Both the position numbers and the translations under genes were made by a program. Positions 27,541 to 37,869 of a stretch of 64,000 nucleotides of DNA are shown piece after piece. The stretch comes from an uncultured Clostridia bacterium (GTDB taxonomy: Bacteria; Bacillota; Clostridia; Oscillospirales; Butyricicoccaceae): NCBI GenBank assembly GCA_944381055.1, contig CALWJQ010000014.1, forward strand, positions 8,537 to 72,536, in the 5' to 3' direction. The notes beneath the pieces were generated by a model, which searched no databases, was not told where the DNA came from, and saw only the letters and a program-made list of their open reading frames with translations. Position 1 is the first letter of the stretch, and every line of letters starts with the position of its first letter.

Positions 27541-28001
27541 GCGTCTGTATGTTGACCGGCCACCGCCGTCTTCCGTCCGACGGCGGCGCGCTGCGCCGGC
27601 GTCTGGACGCGCGCATCGGCGCGCTGTGCCGCGAAGGGGTCACCGAATTTCTGTCCGGCGGCGCGCTGGGCTTTGCCCTGCTGGCGGCTGAAGGCGTGCT
27701 GCGCGCACAGCGTTCTTATCCGCAGGCTGCTCTGACGATGGTGCTGCCCTGCCGCAACCAGTCCCACCGCTACCCTGCCGCGCAGCGGCTGCGGTACGAG
27801 GGCATCCTGGCCCGGGCGCAAAAGGTGGACTGGCTGTCAGAAGCCTATTACGACGGCTGTATGCTGGTTCGCAACCGCGCCATGGCCGAACGCGCTGATT
27901 TGTGCCTGTGTTACCTCACGCAATCCCGCGGCGGCACCGCCCACGCCGTCGCCGCTGCGGCGGCGCGCGGGCTGCCTATTTTTAATCTGGCCGAAATCTG
28001 A
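27537..28001 (+). CDS. SLOG-superfamily protein (DUF1273 / YpsA-like)
   Basis: The GTG at 27537 overlaps the upstream stop (GTGA); an alternative ATG at 27549 gives MLTGHRRLP. TGHR, GGALGF..LAAE, LPC and GGTAHAV match the pattern I associate with clostridial SLOG/DUF1273 proteins. Confidence 0.65.
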   Translation: MSVCMLTGHRRLPSDGGALRRRLDARIGALCREGVTEFLSGGALGFALLAAEGVLRAQRSYPQAALTMVLPCRNQSHRYPAAQRLRYEGILARAQKVDWLSEAYYDGCMLVRNRAMAERADLCLCYLTQSRGGTAHAVAAAAARGLPIFNLAEI

Positions 28002-28014
28002 ACTTTCCCTTATC

Positions 28015-28057
28015 AAAAACCGCCCCGCCGCGAAGAATGCGGCGGGGCGGCTCTTTT
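28015..28057. terminator. bidirectional rho-independent terminator
   Basis: A-run, then 12-bp stem CCGCCCCGCCGC / GCGGCGGGGCGG with a 7-nt loop, then a T-rich tail. It sits between convergent genes. Confidence 0.85.
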
Positions 28058-28062
28058 GTCGT

Positions 28063-30390
28063 TCAGCGCCGGACAACGCGGCGGATGACCGCCTTGAGCT
28101 TCTGCGTCCCGGTCGACCGGGGCGACAATTCCTGCGCCAGCTCGTCCATGGTCTTTTTCCCCAGCGACGCAAAAAAGCTCTCGCGGCTCTGCGGCCGGCG
28201 AACCGGCCGGTCAAGGCACGGGTTAAACCCCGCGGCAGATGCATAATCAGCCTGCCAGAACACCACGCTTTCGCGCAGGGCTTCCCACGCGCGGCGGCCC
28301 GCGGCAGTGTGTACCAGCACCAGCGACAGGCCCTTGTCATCATCTTTACCTGGGAACAGCCGGTTGGCGCCCCAGAAATCGCCGAGCGTCAGGTCGGCGC
28401 GGCTGGTGCGGCCCCGCGTCGAGCAGCGGTAGCAGGACGGCCGCAGGCCGACGTCCGCCAGGAACAGCTTCATATAGGAATCGGCCGACGCGGGGTGGGT
28501 CAGCCGGCCGCCCCTGCGCAGCCGGGCCGTAACCGAATACCCTTTCCAGCCGGTCGATTTATCGCGGAAATCAATGCCCGCCACCGGCTCGCCATGCTTT
28601 TGGGCAATTTCGGCAAAATACCGCTCCAGCACCCGGGGCGACGGCACGCCATGGCAAACAATGTCGGCGAGCAGCAGCCCCTCGGGGCGGCCAAAGGTGC
28701 ATTCCACCGCCGCGGTCTGGCACGGCGTGCCGCAGAACAGCACCGGGCGCTTGCGCTCGAGCGCCTCGGCAATGGCGGGGTAGACGTTGGCCATGTCGCT
28801 CTGGACATACTTGGCCCCGCGCAGGGCGGTCAGCCCGCCGACGCTGTCGACCGCCTGATGGCGCAGGACAGTGCCGTGATCCCACGCCGCGCCGACAACA
28901 ATGCCCCCGCGCTCCAGCGTCTGCTGGGCCAGTTCGGTAAACACACCGCCGGACGAGCTTTTACGCCGGACCTCTTCGTCGCGCGAATAGGCGCAGAACA
29001 CTTCCGGATCGCCGCGCCGGACGTCCTGTCCGGTCGGACAGACCGTGCGGCAGGCGCCGCAGCCGATGCATTTTTCACGATCCACGACGGGGCGGGCAAA
29101 GCCCTCTTTGTCCGGCTGCATGGAAATGGCCTTTGCCGGGCAGCGCCATGCGCAGGCCCCGCAGCCGACGCACAGTCCCGGGCGTTCGATGCCTTCGGCC
29201 AGCCCCTCGTCGCGGCACAGCCCAAGCAGCCGGGCGATGCTTTTGCCGGTCTCGGCCGAACTGGCGCGGTAATCCGGCATGACGGCGCGCAGGCGATCCT
29301 GTATGCCAGTCTCGCGCGCCGCAAGCCAGTCAAAGGCCGCCGTCAGGTCGTCGGGCGTTTTGAGGCTCTGCACCGGCAGGACGTAGTTTTCTTCCGTGCC
29401 GAACAGGTCGCGGGCGATGCCGCGCGCTTTGACCGAATAGCCGACGACCAGCGTCGGCACTCCCGACGAGTAGGCGGCGATGGTGGCATGGGTACGGGCG
29501 CCGACAAAAAAGCGCAGCCGGGCGATCGCCCCTTTGAGCACGCAGCAGTCGGCGTCCGGCACCATGACGACCCGGCCGCTGGACGCGAACTCGTTGTACA
29601 GCTGGCGCAGCGGGATGCGGTCGTCGCCTTCTTCCCACACGACGTGAGGAATCAGGGCGACCGCCATGTCGGTCGTATCCAAAATGTGCCGCACCAGGCG
29701 GCGGTAATTGTCCATTGTAATGCCCGGCTTGCTTTCCAGCCGCTGGATTAAGGGGCTGACGTTGATCCCCACCGTGTTTCCGGGCGCAAACCCGGGGGGC
29801 AGTTCAGCCTCGACGGCGGGCAGCAGGAAAGCCGTATCGTGCGCCGGCACCGCGCAGATGACCCCGTGGTCGCGCAGCGCTTCATAGGTAATGCTTTCGC
29901 GCGCCGTAACGGCGTCGAACAGCCGCAGGTGCGCCGCAAGCCCGCGCGGCAGGTCGTCCGGCTCGATGGAACAGCCGAGCAGCATGTACGGCTTGCCCTG
30001 CGCACGGATAAAGCGGTCAAGGGCATAGTATCCCTCGCCGCGGTTATAGCAGTAATTGTCGCCGCCGATGGCGATGACCAGATCGCTTTCGCGGACCAGC
30101 CGCGCAAACTCCGGCGTGATGGGCAGGCGTGAAGCGCTTTGCCCCAGCCGCTTTTTGACGTGGTAGGCGATATTGTGCGCCGAATAACGCCCGGGCAGAT
30201 GCTGCAGCCCGGCGATGCGCAGCTGGGGCAGGTCGGCCAGGTACTTTTTGTCATCGCCGACGCGGTATGAATACAGCGTCACCTCGCAAGGCTCGCTCAG
30301 CCCCTCGATCAGCGACAGCGTCGTACGCGCCAGCGCCTCGCACCCGTGGTTGCTCGAACCGCCGTGCTGGCAGATGAGTATTTTCTTCAT
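28063..30390 (-). CDS. fusion protein: polysaccharide pyruvyl transferase domain + 2x[4Fe-4S] ferredoxin + coenzyme F420 hydrogenase/dehydrogenase beta (FrhB/FdhB-like) domains
   Basis: GGAGG RBS then ATG 30390 ([20 protein letters not shown]). The N-terminal ~400 aa look pyruvyl-transferase-like. Next come [12 protein letters not shown] and [12 protein letters not shown]. The FrhB-like region follows ([28 protein letters not shown]). Confidence 0.7.
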   Translation of the reverse strand: MKKILICQHGGSSNHGCEALARTTLSLIEGLSEPCEVTLYSYRVGDDKKYLADLPQLRIAGLQHLPGRYSAHNIAYHVKKRLGQSASRLPITPEFARLVRESDLVIAIGGDNYCYNRGEGYYALDRFIRAQGKPYMLLGCSIEPDDLPRGLAAHLRLFDAVTARESITYEALRDHGVICAVPAHDTAFLLPAVEAELPPGFAPGNTVGINVSPLIQRLESKPGITMDNYRRLVRHILDTTDMAVALIPHVVWEEGDDRIPLRQLYNEFASSGRVVMVPDADCCVLKGAIARLRFFVGARTHATIAAYSSGVPTLVVGYSVKARGIARDLFGTEENYVLPVQSLKTPDDLTAAFDWLAARETGIQDRLRAVMPDYRASSAETGKSIARLLGLCRDEGLAEGIERPGLCVGCGACAWRCPAKAISMQPDKEGFARPVVDREKCIGCGACRTVCPTGQDVRRGDPEVFCAYSRDEEVRRKSSSGGVFTELAQQTLERGGIVVGAAWDHGTVLRHQAVDSVGGLTALRGAKYVQSDMANVYPAIAEALERKRPVLFCGTPCQTAAVECTFGRPEGLLLADIVCHGVPSPRVLERYFAEIAQKHGEPVAGIDFRDKSTGWKGYSVTARLRRGGRLTHPASADSYMKLFLADVGLRPSCYRCSTRGRTSRADLTLGDFWGANRLFPGKDDDKGLSLVLVHTAAGRRAWEALRESVVFWQADYASAAGFNPCLDRPVRRPQSRESFFASLGKKTMDELAQELSPRSTGTQKLKAVIRRVVRR

Positions 30391-30613
30391 GCCTTTCACC
30401 TCCGGGCAAACGCGCCCCTTTCCCCGTCTAAACGGGATTTGTGCTTATTATATACCATAAACCGCCCCGCTTTCAACTGCCGGCGGCATTCTTTCGTTTT
30501 TTACTGACAAAACCCGCGCGCCGCGCCCGGATTTTATACAAATCGCGGCTGTTATTCCCACCCGGATCACGATATAATAGGCTTTACCGCTTAATCAGCC
30601 AGGAGGAAATCTT

Positions 30614-31960
30614 ATGGACAACGCCTTTTCGCCGGACAGGCGCACGCTGCTGCGTCTGTCCTGGCCCATTTTTATCGAACTGGTTCTGCAAATGCTCATG
30701 GGCAACGTCGACCAGATGATGATTTCGCGCTATTCCGCGACTTCGGTCGCCGCGGTCGGCAACGCCAATCAGATCCTCAACTTTCTCATTCTGACCTTCA
30801 ATGTCCTGTGTACGGCCTCGATCATCCTGATCACCCAGTACCGGGGCGCGGGGGACAAAAAGCGGGCCGGGCAGGTCTACTCGGTGGCCTTTTTCACCAA
30901 CCTGCTCGTCAGCGCCGTCATCAGCCTGATCATCTTTGTCTTCAACCGGCCGATCTTCCGGCTCATGCAGGTGCCGCCCGACGTGCTGCCGGAATCCAGC
31001 GTGTACATCGTCATCACCGGCGGCTTTATCTTTTTGCAGGCCATGTCGCTGACCTTTTCCGCCTTCCTGCGTTCCAACGCCTTTATGGTCCAGAGCATGA
31101 CGGCTTCCATTGCCATCAACCTGCTCAACATCGCGGGCAACGCCCTGTTGATTCACGGCGTCGGCCCCATCCCGCCGCTCGGCGTCGCCGGCGTCGCCAT
31201 TTCAACGACCGTATCGCGCGCCATCGGGGTGCTTATTTTGTACCACATGTTCCGCAAATACATAAAGGGTCGCATTTCGCTGCGCGCGCTGCGCCCCTTT
31301 CCCAAAGACCTGCTTAAAAAGCTGTTGGGCATCGGGCTGCCCTCGGCGGGTGAAAACTTTGCGTACAGCCTGTCCCAGATCACCATATTGAGCTTTATCA
31401 ACCTGTTCGGCACCGCCGTCATCACGACAAAGGTGTACGCCAGTATGCTGGCCATGCTGTCCTATATCTTCGCGTCCGCCATCACCCAGGCCACGCAGAT
31501 CATCATCGGGCATCTGCTGGGCGCGCGGCGCGTCGATGAGACGCACCGGCAGGTCATGTCCACGCTGCGGGCGTCGATGCTCATTTCCTTTATCGCTTCG
31601 CTGACGCTGTGCGTCTTTGCCCGGCCTCTGTTTTCGCTGTTCACCGACAGTGCCGAAGTGCTGGCGCTGGGGCAAAAAATTATGTTCATCGAGCTTTTCC
31701 TTGAACAGGGGCGCGCCGTCAACATCTGCTTTGTCCGCTGCCTGCAAACGGCGGGCGACATCCGCTTTCCCGTCGCCATCGGCGTTTTGTCGACGTGGAT
31801 TGTCGCCGTCGGCCTGGGCTGGGTGCTGGGCGTCGGGCTGCAGCTCGGCATTGTCGGCATCTGGTGTGCAATGGCGGCCGACGAATGCCTGCGCGCGGTG
31901 CTGTTCATCTTCCGCTGGCGTGCCGGCGGGTGGCGGCGGAAAAACCTCGTCGCCGCATAA
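30614..31960 (+). CDS. MATE family efflux transporter
   Basis: 448 aa with 12 predicted helices. N-terminal LLRLSWPIFIELVLQMLMGNVDQMMISRY is typical of MatE. AGGAGG RBS. Confidence 0.85.
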   Translation: MDNAFSPDRRTLLRLSWPIFIELVLQMLMGNVDQMMISRYSATSVAAVGNANQILNFLILTFNVLCTASIILITQYRGAGDKKRAGQVYSVAFFTNLLVSAVISLIIFVFNRPIFRLMQVPPDVLPESSVYIVITGGFIFLQAMSLTFSAFLRSNAFMVQSMTASIAINLLNIAGNALLIHGVGPIPPLGVAGVAISTTVSRAIGVLILYHMFRKYIKGRISLRALRPFPKDLLKKLLGIGLPSAGENFAYSLSQITILSFINLFGTAVITTKVYASMLAMLSYIFASAITQATQIIIGHLLGARRVDETHRQVMSTLRASMLISFIASLTLCVFARPLFSLFTDSAEVLALGQKIMFIELFLEQGRAVNICFVRCLQTAGDIRFPVAIGVLSTWIVAVGLGWVLGVGLQLGIVGIWCAMAADECLRAVLFIFRWRAGGWRRKNLVAA

Positions 31961-31985
31961 AAAAGCCGCCCCCTGCGGGGGCGGC
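31958..31985 (-). terminator. rho-independent terminator after lysC
   Basis: Stem GCCGCCCCC / GGGGGCGGC (31965..31985) with a 3-nt loop. The A-run 31958..31964 gives a T-run on the minus strand. Confidence 0.7.
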
Positions 31986-31992
31986 CAACCGA

Positions 31993-33192
31993 TTAAAAGA
32001 AAGCGTCATGCACGGCGATAAAGCCGCGGTCGCTGTCCTCTTCGGACACGATGACCGAAATCTTGATTTCGCTCGTCGTCACACAGCGCACGTTGACGCC
32101 CGCCCGGTACAGTGCTTCGAACATGCGCGACGCGACGCCGTAGTCGCTTGCCATGCCGGCGCCCACGATTGAAATCTTGCACACGCGGTCGTCGACCGAG
32201 ACGCTTTCGTACGACAGGCCGCTCTGGCTGCCGGTCAGCATTTCGACGGCGTGGTCGAGCGACTCGCGGGGCACCGAAAAGGTAATGCTGGTCCGCTGCC
32301 CTGCGGCCGGCGGCTGCAAAATAATGTCCACATTGATTTTCTGTTCGGTCAGGGCCGAAAACAGCCGCCAGATGTTGCCCGGCTGATCCCGCAGCCCTTC
32401 AATGGTGATGAGCGCGACATTCTGGTCGCGCGCCACGCCGCTGACGCTTCGTTTTTCCATAACTACCTCCCTGACGCGGGTGCCCACGCCGTTGATAAAG
32501 CTGCTCTTGACCTCGAGCTGCACGCCGAAGCGCTTGGCCATTTCCACCGACCGGTTGTGCAGCACCTGCGCCCCCTGTGAAGCCAGCTCGAGCATCTCGT
32601 CATAGTCGATTTCATAGTGCCGCACGGCGTTTTTGATCACGCGCGGATCGGCGGAATAGACTCCGTCGACGTCGGTGTAAATGCGGCAGACGTCGGCTTC
32701 CAGCGCCGCCGCCAACGCCACCGCCGTCGTATCTGATCCGCCGCGGCCAATGGTCGTAATATCGCCCGACGGGGCGATGCCCTGAAACCCGGCGACTACA
32801 ACGACGCGGTTTTGGTCAAGCTCGGCGCGGATGCGCCGCGTGTCGATGCGGTCGATGCGCGCCACGCCGTGCTGCGCGTCGGTATGGATGCCGGCCTGCC
32901 AGCCGCACAGCGACACTGCCGGCACTCCCATGCCCGTCAGCATCATGGCCATCAGCGCCATGGACGCCTGCTCGCCGGTCGACAGCAGCACATCCATTTC
33001 ACGCGGGCTGACGCGCCGCCCGATGGCTTCCGCCTGCGCGATCAGGTGGTCGGTGGCGTCGCCCTGCGCCGACACGACGACGACCACCTGGTTTTCTTTC
33101 CTGTAATCAGATGCGGCAATGCCCGCGGCGTTGCGCAGCTTCTCTGTATTGGCAAGGGACGAGCCCCCGAATTTTTCCACAATCAATGCCAT
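31993..33192 (-). CDS. lysC: aspartate kinase
   Basis: GGAGG RBS then ATG 33192 (MALIVEKFGGSSLAN); the track start 33276 is unlikely. Amino-acid-kinase domain plus two C-terminal ACT-like regions. Confidence 0.9.
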   Translation of the reverse strand: MALIVEKFGGSSLANTEKLRNAAGIAASDYRKENQVVVVVSAQGDATDHLIAQAEAIGRRVSPREMDVLLSTGEQASMALMAMMLTGMGVPAVSLCGWQAGIHTDAQHGVARIDRIDTRRIRAELDQNRVVVVAGFQGIAPSGDITTIGRGGSDTTAVALAAALEADVCRIYTDVDGVYSADPRVIKNAVRHYEIDYDEMLELASQGAQVLHNRSVEMAKRFGVQLEVKSSFINGVGTRVREVVMEKRSVSGVARDQNVALITIEGLRDQPGNIWRLFSALTEQKINVDIILQPPAAGQRTSITFSVPRESLDHAVEMLTGSQSGLSYESVSVDDRVCKISIVGAGMASDYGVASRMFEALYRAGVNVRCVTTSEIKISVIVSEEDSDRGFIAVHDAFF

Positions 33193-33359
33193 GTCGATCC
33201 TCCACCTGTTGCTTGCCTTTCTTACTCCAGTATATGCGGCGGCGTGCCGTCCGGACGCCGCCCGGCGGAAAAACATATTGTTAAAGCAATGCAGCGTGGT
33301 GTATAATAAACGGGAGGTCCACAGAATACATCCGCCGACCAGAAAGGAGGCCTCTGCCG

Positions 33360-34433
33360 TTGCGCCTGCACGAAAACCGGCACATCAATTTTTTCCTGAC
33401 GCTGCTTTATATTTTTGTCATTGCCCTGGCAGGCTATCTGTTTTTCAAATACATTTTTTCCCTGCTTATTCCGCTTTTTGCCGCTTACCTGCTGTCGCAG
33501 ATGATCATGAAGCCCGTCGGCTGGCTGGCCAAGCACACCGTTGTCCCCCGCCAGGTATGGAGCGTGCTGTGTACCCTGCTGTGCGTCACCGCCGTCGGGT
33601 CGCTGCTCGCGTTTGTCATTTACCAAATCGTCTACGAGGGCGTACAGCTGTTCAATTCCCTGCCCGCCATTCTCGCCGTCCTGTCGGACAAGCTGGACAG
33701 CCTGCGGCAGTTTGCCGATCAGCTGCTCGGCCGCCTGCCCGATTTTCTGGCCGCGGCGCCGCTGTTCGACCTTGAAGCCTGGCTGGCTTCGCTGTCGCTG
33801 CCGCAGATCGACGTCGGCGCCGTGTGGTCATCGCTGACGCACGCCGTTTCCAGCATCCCGGGCATTCTGATCACCGTGGTCTTTGTCTTTGTTTCGACTT
33901 ATTTCCTGACGAGCGACCGCCTGACCATCAACGCGTTCATTCACCGCCAGCTCAGCGCGGACGCCATCGTCATGCTGGCGCGTATCCGGCAGTTTCTGTA
34001 TGAGTCTCTTTTCAAATGGCTGCGCGCGCAGGCCATGATCATCGGAATCACTTTTCTGGAGCTGCTGATCGGGTTCCTGCTGATGCGCCAGCCTTATGCG
34101 CTCGTCCTGGCGCTGCTGATCGCCATTGTCGACGCCTTCCCTGTCCTGGGCGTCGGCACGGTGCTCATCCCCTGGGCCGCCGTCTGCCTGTTTTCCGGCG
34201 AAATCGGCATGGCCGCGGGTCTGTGCGCTCTGTACGGCGTCATCCTGGTCGTTCGCAACGTCATCGAACCCCGCATTGTCGGCGGGCAGCTGGGGCTGCA
34301 CCCCTTTGTATCCCTGCTCTGCCTGTATTTCGGTTACCGTATCGCCGGGTTCGCCGGGATGTTTATCGCCCCTGTTCTTGTTCTGGTGCTGATCAAGCTG
34401 CACGAATGGGAATATATCCGCTTGTGGAAATGA
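33360..34433 (+). CDS. AI-2E family transporter (YtvI-like sporulation membrane protein)
   Basis: 357 aa with a TTG start 9 nt after GGAGG. Polytopic, with a conserved C-terminal region EPRIVGGQLGLHPFVSL typical of the AI-2E/PerM family. Confidence 0.7.
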   Translation: MRLHENRHINFFLTLLYIFVIALAGYLFFKYIFSLLIPLFAAYLLSQMIMKPVGWLAKHTVVPRQVWSVLCTLLCVTAVGSLLAFVIYQIVYEGVQLFNSLPAILAVLSDKLDSLRQFADQLLGRLPDFLAAAPLFDLEAWLASLSLPQIDVGAVWSSLTHAVSSIPGILITVVFVFVSTYFLTSDRLTINAFIHRQLSADAIVMLARIRQFLYESLFKWLRAQAMIIGITFLELLIGFLLMRQPYALVLALLIAIVDAFPVLGVGTVLIPWAAVCLFSGEIGMAAGLCALYGVILVVRNVIEPRIVGGQLGLHPFVSLLCLYFGYRIAGFAGMFIAPVLVLVLIKLHEWEYIRLWK

Positions 34434-34448
34434 AAGGAGTTTCGCCCT

Positions 34449-35822
34449 ATGACTGAACAAAAACGTCCGGCCAACGCCATCACCGAAGGCGTCATCTGGA
34501 AACAGCTCATGATCTTCTTTTTCCCTATTCTGTTGGGAACCTTTTTCCAGCAGCTTTACAACACTGCCGACGCCATGATTGTCGGCCGCTTTGTCGGCAA
34601 AGAGGCGCTGTCGGCTGTCGGCGGCACGACAAGCACCATCATCAATCTGATCATCGGCTTTTTCGTCGGCCTGGCGTCAGGCGCCACCGTCATCATATCA
34701 CAATTTTACGGCGCGCGCCAGCGTGAAAATGTCAGCCGTGCCGTACATACCGCCATCGCGCTGGCCATTGCCGGCGGCGCCCTGCTCACCGTTGTGGGTA
34801 TTGCCGTTGCGCCGTGGGCGCTGCGTCTGCTCAACACCCCTGAAGAAGTCATGGGACATGCGCAGACCTATATGCGCATCTATTTTGCCGGCACCATCGG
34901 CAACCTGATCTTTAACATCGGCAGCGGCATCCTGCGTGCGATCGGCGACAGCAAGCGCCCGCTTTACGTCCTCATTGCCTGCACCTGCGCCAATATCGTG
35001 CTCGACCTTTTCCTGGTTCTGGTCATTCCCATGGGCGTCGCAGGCGCCGGCATTGCGACGATCCTCAGCCAGTTCATCAGCGCCGTGCTCGTTTTATGGC
35101 TGCTGGCCCGCTCGGGTGAAGACATGCGGGTGCATGTCAAACGCATCAAGCTGCACCCCGACCTGCTGGCCCGGATTTTCCGCATCGGCCTGCCCGCCGG
35201 GCTGCAATCGGTCTTTTATTCGCTGTCCAACATGGTCATCCAATCAAGCGTCAACTCGTTCGGCACCAACGTCATGGCAGGCTGGACGGTCTACGGCAAG
35301 GTCGACGGCCTGTTCTGGATGATGATGAACGCCTTCGGCATTGCCATCACCGCCTTTGTCGGCCAGAACTACGGTGCGCGCCAGTACGCCCGCGTCAAAA
35401 AGAGCGTCCGCGTCTGGCTGGCCATTGCCTTTGGCGCTTCCATTTTCCTGTCCCTTGTCATTTACCTGTTCGGCGGGCTCATTACCGGCCTGTTTACCGA
35501 CGACCCGGCCGTCGTTCTGCAAAGCCGCGACATCATCGATTTCATGGTTCCCTATTTTGTCACCTATGTGTGCATTGAAATCCTGTCCGGCGCTTTGCGC
35601 GGCGCGGGCGATTCCCTGCGGCCCATGCTGATGGTCTGCTTTGGCGTCTGCGGCGTCCGCGTACTGTGGATCATGCTGCTTGTGCCCATTTTCCATACTT
35701 TTAACTGGGTCATGGCCAGCTACCCCGTCAGCTGGGCGCTGACGTCGATCCTGTTTGTCATCTATTATAAAAAATTCAGCGTGCTTCGCAACCTCAACGT
35801 CGACATGCCGATGGACGGCTGA
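34449..35822 (+). CDS. MATE family efflux transporter
   Basis: 457 aa. N-terminal VIWKQLMIFFFPILLGTFFQQLYNTADAMIVGRFVGKEAL is typical of MatE. Confidence 0.85.
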   Translation: MTEQKRPANAITEGVIWKQLMIFFFPILLGTFFQQLYNTADAMIVGRFVGKEALSAVGGTTSTIINLIIGFFVGLASGATVIISQFYGARQRENVSRAVHTAIALAIAGGALLTVVGIAVAPWALRLLNTPEEVMGHAQTYMRIYFAGTIGNLIFNIGSGILRAIGDSKRPLYVLIACTCANIVLDLFLVLVIPMGVAGAGIATILSQFISAVLVLWLLARSGEDMRVHVKRIKLHPDLLARIFRIGLPAGLQSVFYSLSNMVIQSSVNSFGTNVMAGWTVYGKVDGLFWMMMNAFGIAITAFVGQNYGARQYARVKKSVRVWLAIAFGASIFLSLVIYLFGGLITGLFTDDPAVVLQSRDIIDFMVPYFVTYVCIEILSGALRGAGDSLRPMLMVCFGVCGVRVLWIMLLVPIFHTFNWVMASYPVSWALTSILFVIYYKKFSVLRNLNVDMPMDG

Positions 35823-35838
35823 GCGGCCATTCCAAATC

Positions 35839-35871
35839 AAAGCCCGGATTGATGTTCAATCCGGGCTTTTT
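35839..35871. terminator. bidirectional terminator between the MATE gene and ftsZ
   Basis: Stem AAAGCCCGGATTG / CAATCCGGGCTTT with a 5-nt loop, followed by a T-run. Confidence 0.8.
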
Positions 35872-35873
35872 AC

Positions 35874-37052
35874 TTAGCTTCGGTTTTTGAAGATTTTCAT
35901 GATGTCTTCAAACACATCGGGTTCATCCGGTTTTTCCGGGGCCAGCCCCTTGCCGGTCTGCTGCGCGGCGTCCATCAGGTTCTGGCGTGCCGACGATTCG
36001 GGCGGGACAGTGGCTTCCTGCTTTTCCTGCTGGGGCGCTGCCGCCTTTTCTTCTGGCTTGGAACTGCTGAACAGCCCCTTTTCCGGCAGTGTGGGCTTGT
36101 CGTCAAACCCGGTGGCGATGACGGTGACGCGGATTTCGTCGTCGAGCGATTCGTCGAGCGCGATACCGGTGATGACCAGCCCGTCGGGATGGATGGCGTT
36201 CTGCACCATGCTGCCGATCAGGTCGGTGTCTTCCATGACCAGATCGAGCGGCCCCGTGATGTTCAGAATGACGCCGCGGGCGCCGTCGATAGACGTTTCG
36301 AGCAGCGGGCTCTGGATGGCCATCTTGGCCGCTTCCTCGGCTTTTTCCTTGCCGCCGGCCCGGCCGACGCCCATGTGGGCGTAGCCCGCGTTGCGCATGA
36401 TGCTGCACACGTCGGCAAAATCCAGGTTGATAAGCCCGGGCACCGTGATAAGCTCGCTGATGCTCTGCACCGCCTGCCGCAGTACGTTGTCCGCGACTTC
36501 AAAGGCGTTTTGCAGCGTGATTTTCTGATCGCTGACCAGCTTGAGCCGGTCATTGGGGATGATGATCAGCGCGTCGACCCGCTCGCGCAGTTCGGCGATG
36601 CCGTTGTTCGCCTGTTCGATGCGGCGTTTTCCCTCAAAGGCAAAGGGCCGGGTGACGACGCCGACGGTCAGGATTCCCAGATCCTTGGCGATCTGCGCGA
36701 CGACAGGCGCCCCGCCGGTGCCGGTGCCGCCGCCCATGCCCGCCGTGATGAAAACCATCTGCGTATTTTCCAGCAGGCGGCGGATTTCATCTTCGCTTTC
36801 CTGCGCCGCCTTGCGCCCCACTTCAGGGTTGGAGCCGGCGCCCAGGCCGCCTGTCAGTTTTTCGCCGATTTGCAGCTTGACGGTCGCGGCCGAAAAATTG
36901 AGCACCTGCTTGTCCGTATTGATGGCGATATAATCCACGCCCTGTATACCGCTCGCGATCATACGGTTGACCGCATTGCCGCCGCCGCCGCCGACGCCGA
37001 TGACCTTGATATTGACCGGCGCCTCGCCGCTGTTTTCTAATGCAAAGCTCAT
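35874..37052 (-). CDS. ftsZ: cell division protein FtsZ
   Basis: 392 aa. Tubulin signature [13 protein letters not shown] and [14 protein letters not shown]-terminal linker plus the conserved tail [10 protein letters not shown]. Confidence 0.97.
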   Translation of the reverse strand: MSFALENSGEAPVNIKVIGVGGGGGNAVNRMIASGIQGVDYIAINTDKQVLNFSAATVKLQIGEKLTGGLGAGSNPEVGRKAAQESEDEIRRLLENTQMVFITAGMGGGTGTGGAPVVAQIAKDLGILTVGVVTRPFAFEGKRRIEQANNGIAELRERVDALIIIPNDRLKLVSDQKITLQNAFEVADNVLRQAVQSISELITVPGLINLDFADVCSIMRNAGYAHMGVGRAGGKEKAEEAAKMAIQSPLLETSIDGARGVILNITGPLDLVMEDTDLIGSMVQNAIHPDGLVITGIALDESLDDEIRVTVIATGFDDKPTLPEKGLFSSSKPEEKAAAPQQEKQEATVPPESSARQNLMDAAQQTGKGLAPEKPDEPDVFEDIMKIFKNRS

Positions 37053-37089
37053 AATGTCCTCCCGGTATATCGTAAACTTCTTTTATTTT

Positions 37090-37860
37090 TCACTGCTTAT
37101 AGGGTCTGAACCGCGCCGTCTGCGGGTCGGACACATCGATGACCCCGCGTTCTTCGGGACCCAGATCCGCAATGCAGACGCCAAGAAAACGCACCTTTTT
37201 CTCAAGCTCTTCCACCGTGCCCAGCTGCACTGTAAACCGGCCGGCATACGAAAGCTCGATTTCAAATATCTGATCCAGGTTGATTTCTTTGATCTCATCC
37301 AGTATATCATTTATTTGCGCGGTATTCAATATGGTTTGCAGCGGTTTTTGTTTTTCGGGCTGGGTAAAATTGGCGGTTTTTCCAACCTCAGGTTCGTCCA
37401 GTTCAACCCCCGTGACCAGGCAGTAGCCGGCCGCGCCCGCCTTATCGGTCAGTTCGAGCAGTTTACAGTCCGCATCGATGATATAGCAGCCCTCTGCCGT
37501 CTCAATCGCCGCGGCCGGGACGCACTCGGTTATCGTAATTTCTATTTCGTCCGGCAGGCGGCGGCGCATGACGATCTCGTCCAGATAGGGACATGCGGCA
37601 AAGATACGGCTGATGGCGGCGAACTTGTTGAGCATGAACATGTTCTGCCCCGGCTCGATGCCCGACGCTGCGGCGATCTCGTCGCGGGTGTAGCGGCTGT
37701 CGCCGATCACGGTGACGGTGCGCACCTTGAAAAAAATCGTCATGGCCGCCAGCACGGCCGCCAGAATCAGCACGATGCACAAAAGCGTCACAAAGACGCC
37801 CGACCCGCGCCGCCGGCGGCGGCGCCTGCTATTTCGCTTTCGTGCGGCGCTTCTGCTCAT
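37090..37860 (-). CDS. ftsQ: cell division protein FtsQ/DivIB
   Basis: 256 aa. Basic N-terminus, one TM helix, and POTRA-like KVRTVTVIGDSRYTRDEI. Its position is immediately upstream of ftsZ. Confidence 0.8.
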   Translation of the reverse strand: MSRSAARKRNSRRRRRRRGSGVFVTLLCIVLILAAVLAAMTIFFKVRTVTVIGDSRYTRDEIAAASGIEPGQNMFMLNKFAAISRIFAACPYLDEIVMRRRLPDEIEITITECVPAAAIETAEGCYIIDADCKLLELTDKAGAAGYCLVTGVELDEPEVGKTANFTQPEKQKPLQTILNTAQINDILDEIKEINLDQIFEIELSYAGRFTVQLGTVEELEKKVRFLGVCIADLGPEERGVIDVSDPQTARFRPYKQ

Positions 37861-37869
37861 AATTTTTCT

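Noticed and set aside
27537-27549. Choice between GTG 27537 and ATG 27549 as the SLOG gene start.
   Set aside because: This cannot be resolved from sequence alone. The longer coordinates were kept because the GTGA overlap suggests translational coupling.
33193-33359. Looked for a lysine riboswitch (L-box) upstream of lysC.
   Set aside because: Only about 165 nt are shared with the divergent AI-2E gene promoter. I could not find the conserved L-box helices or core motifs, only one GC hairpin without a T-run.
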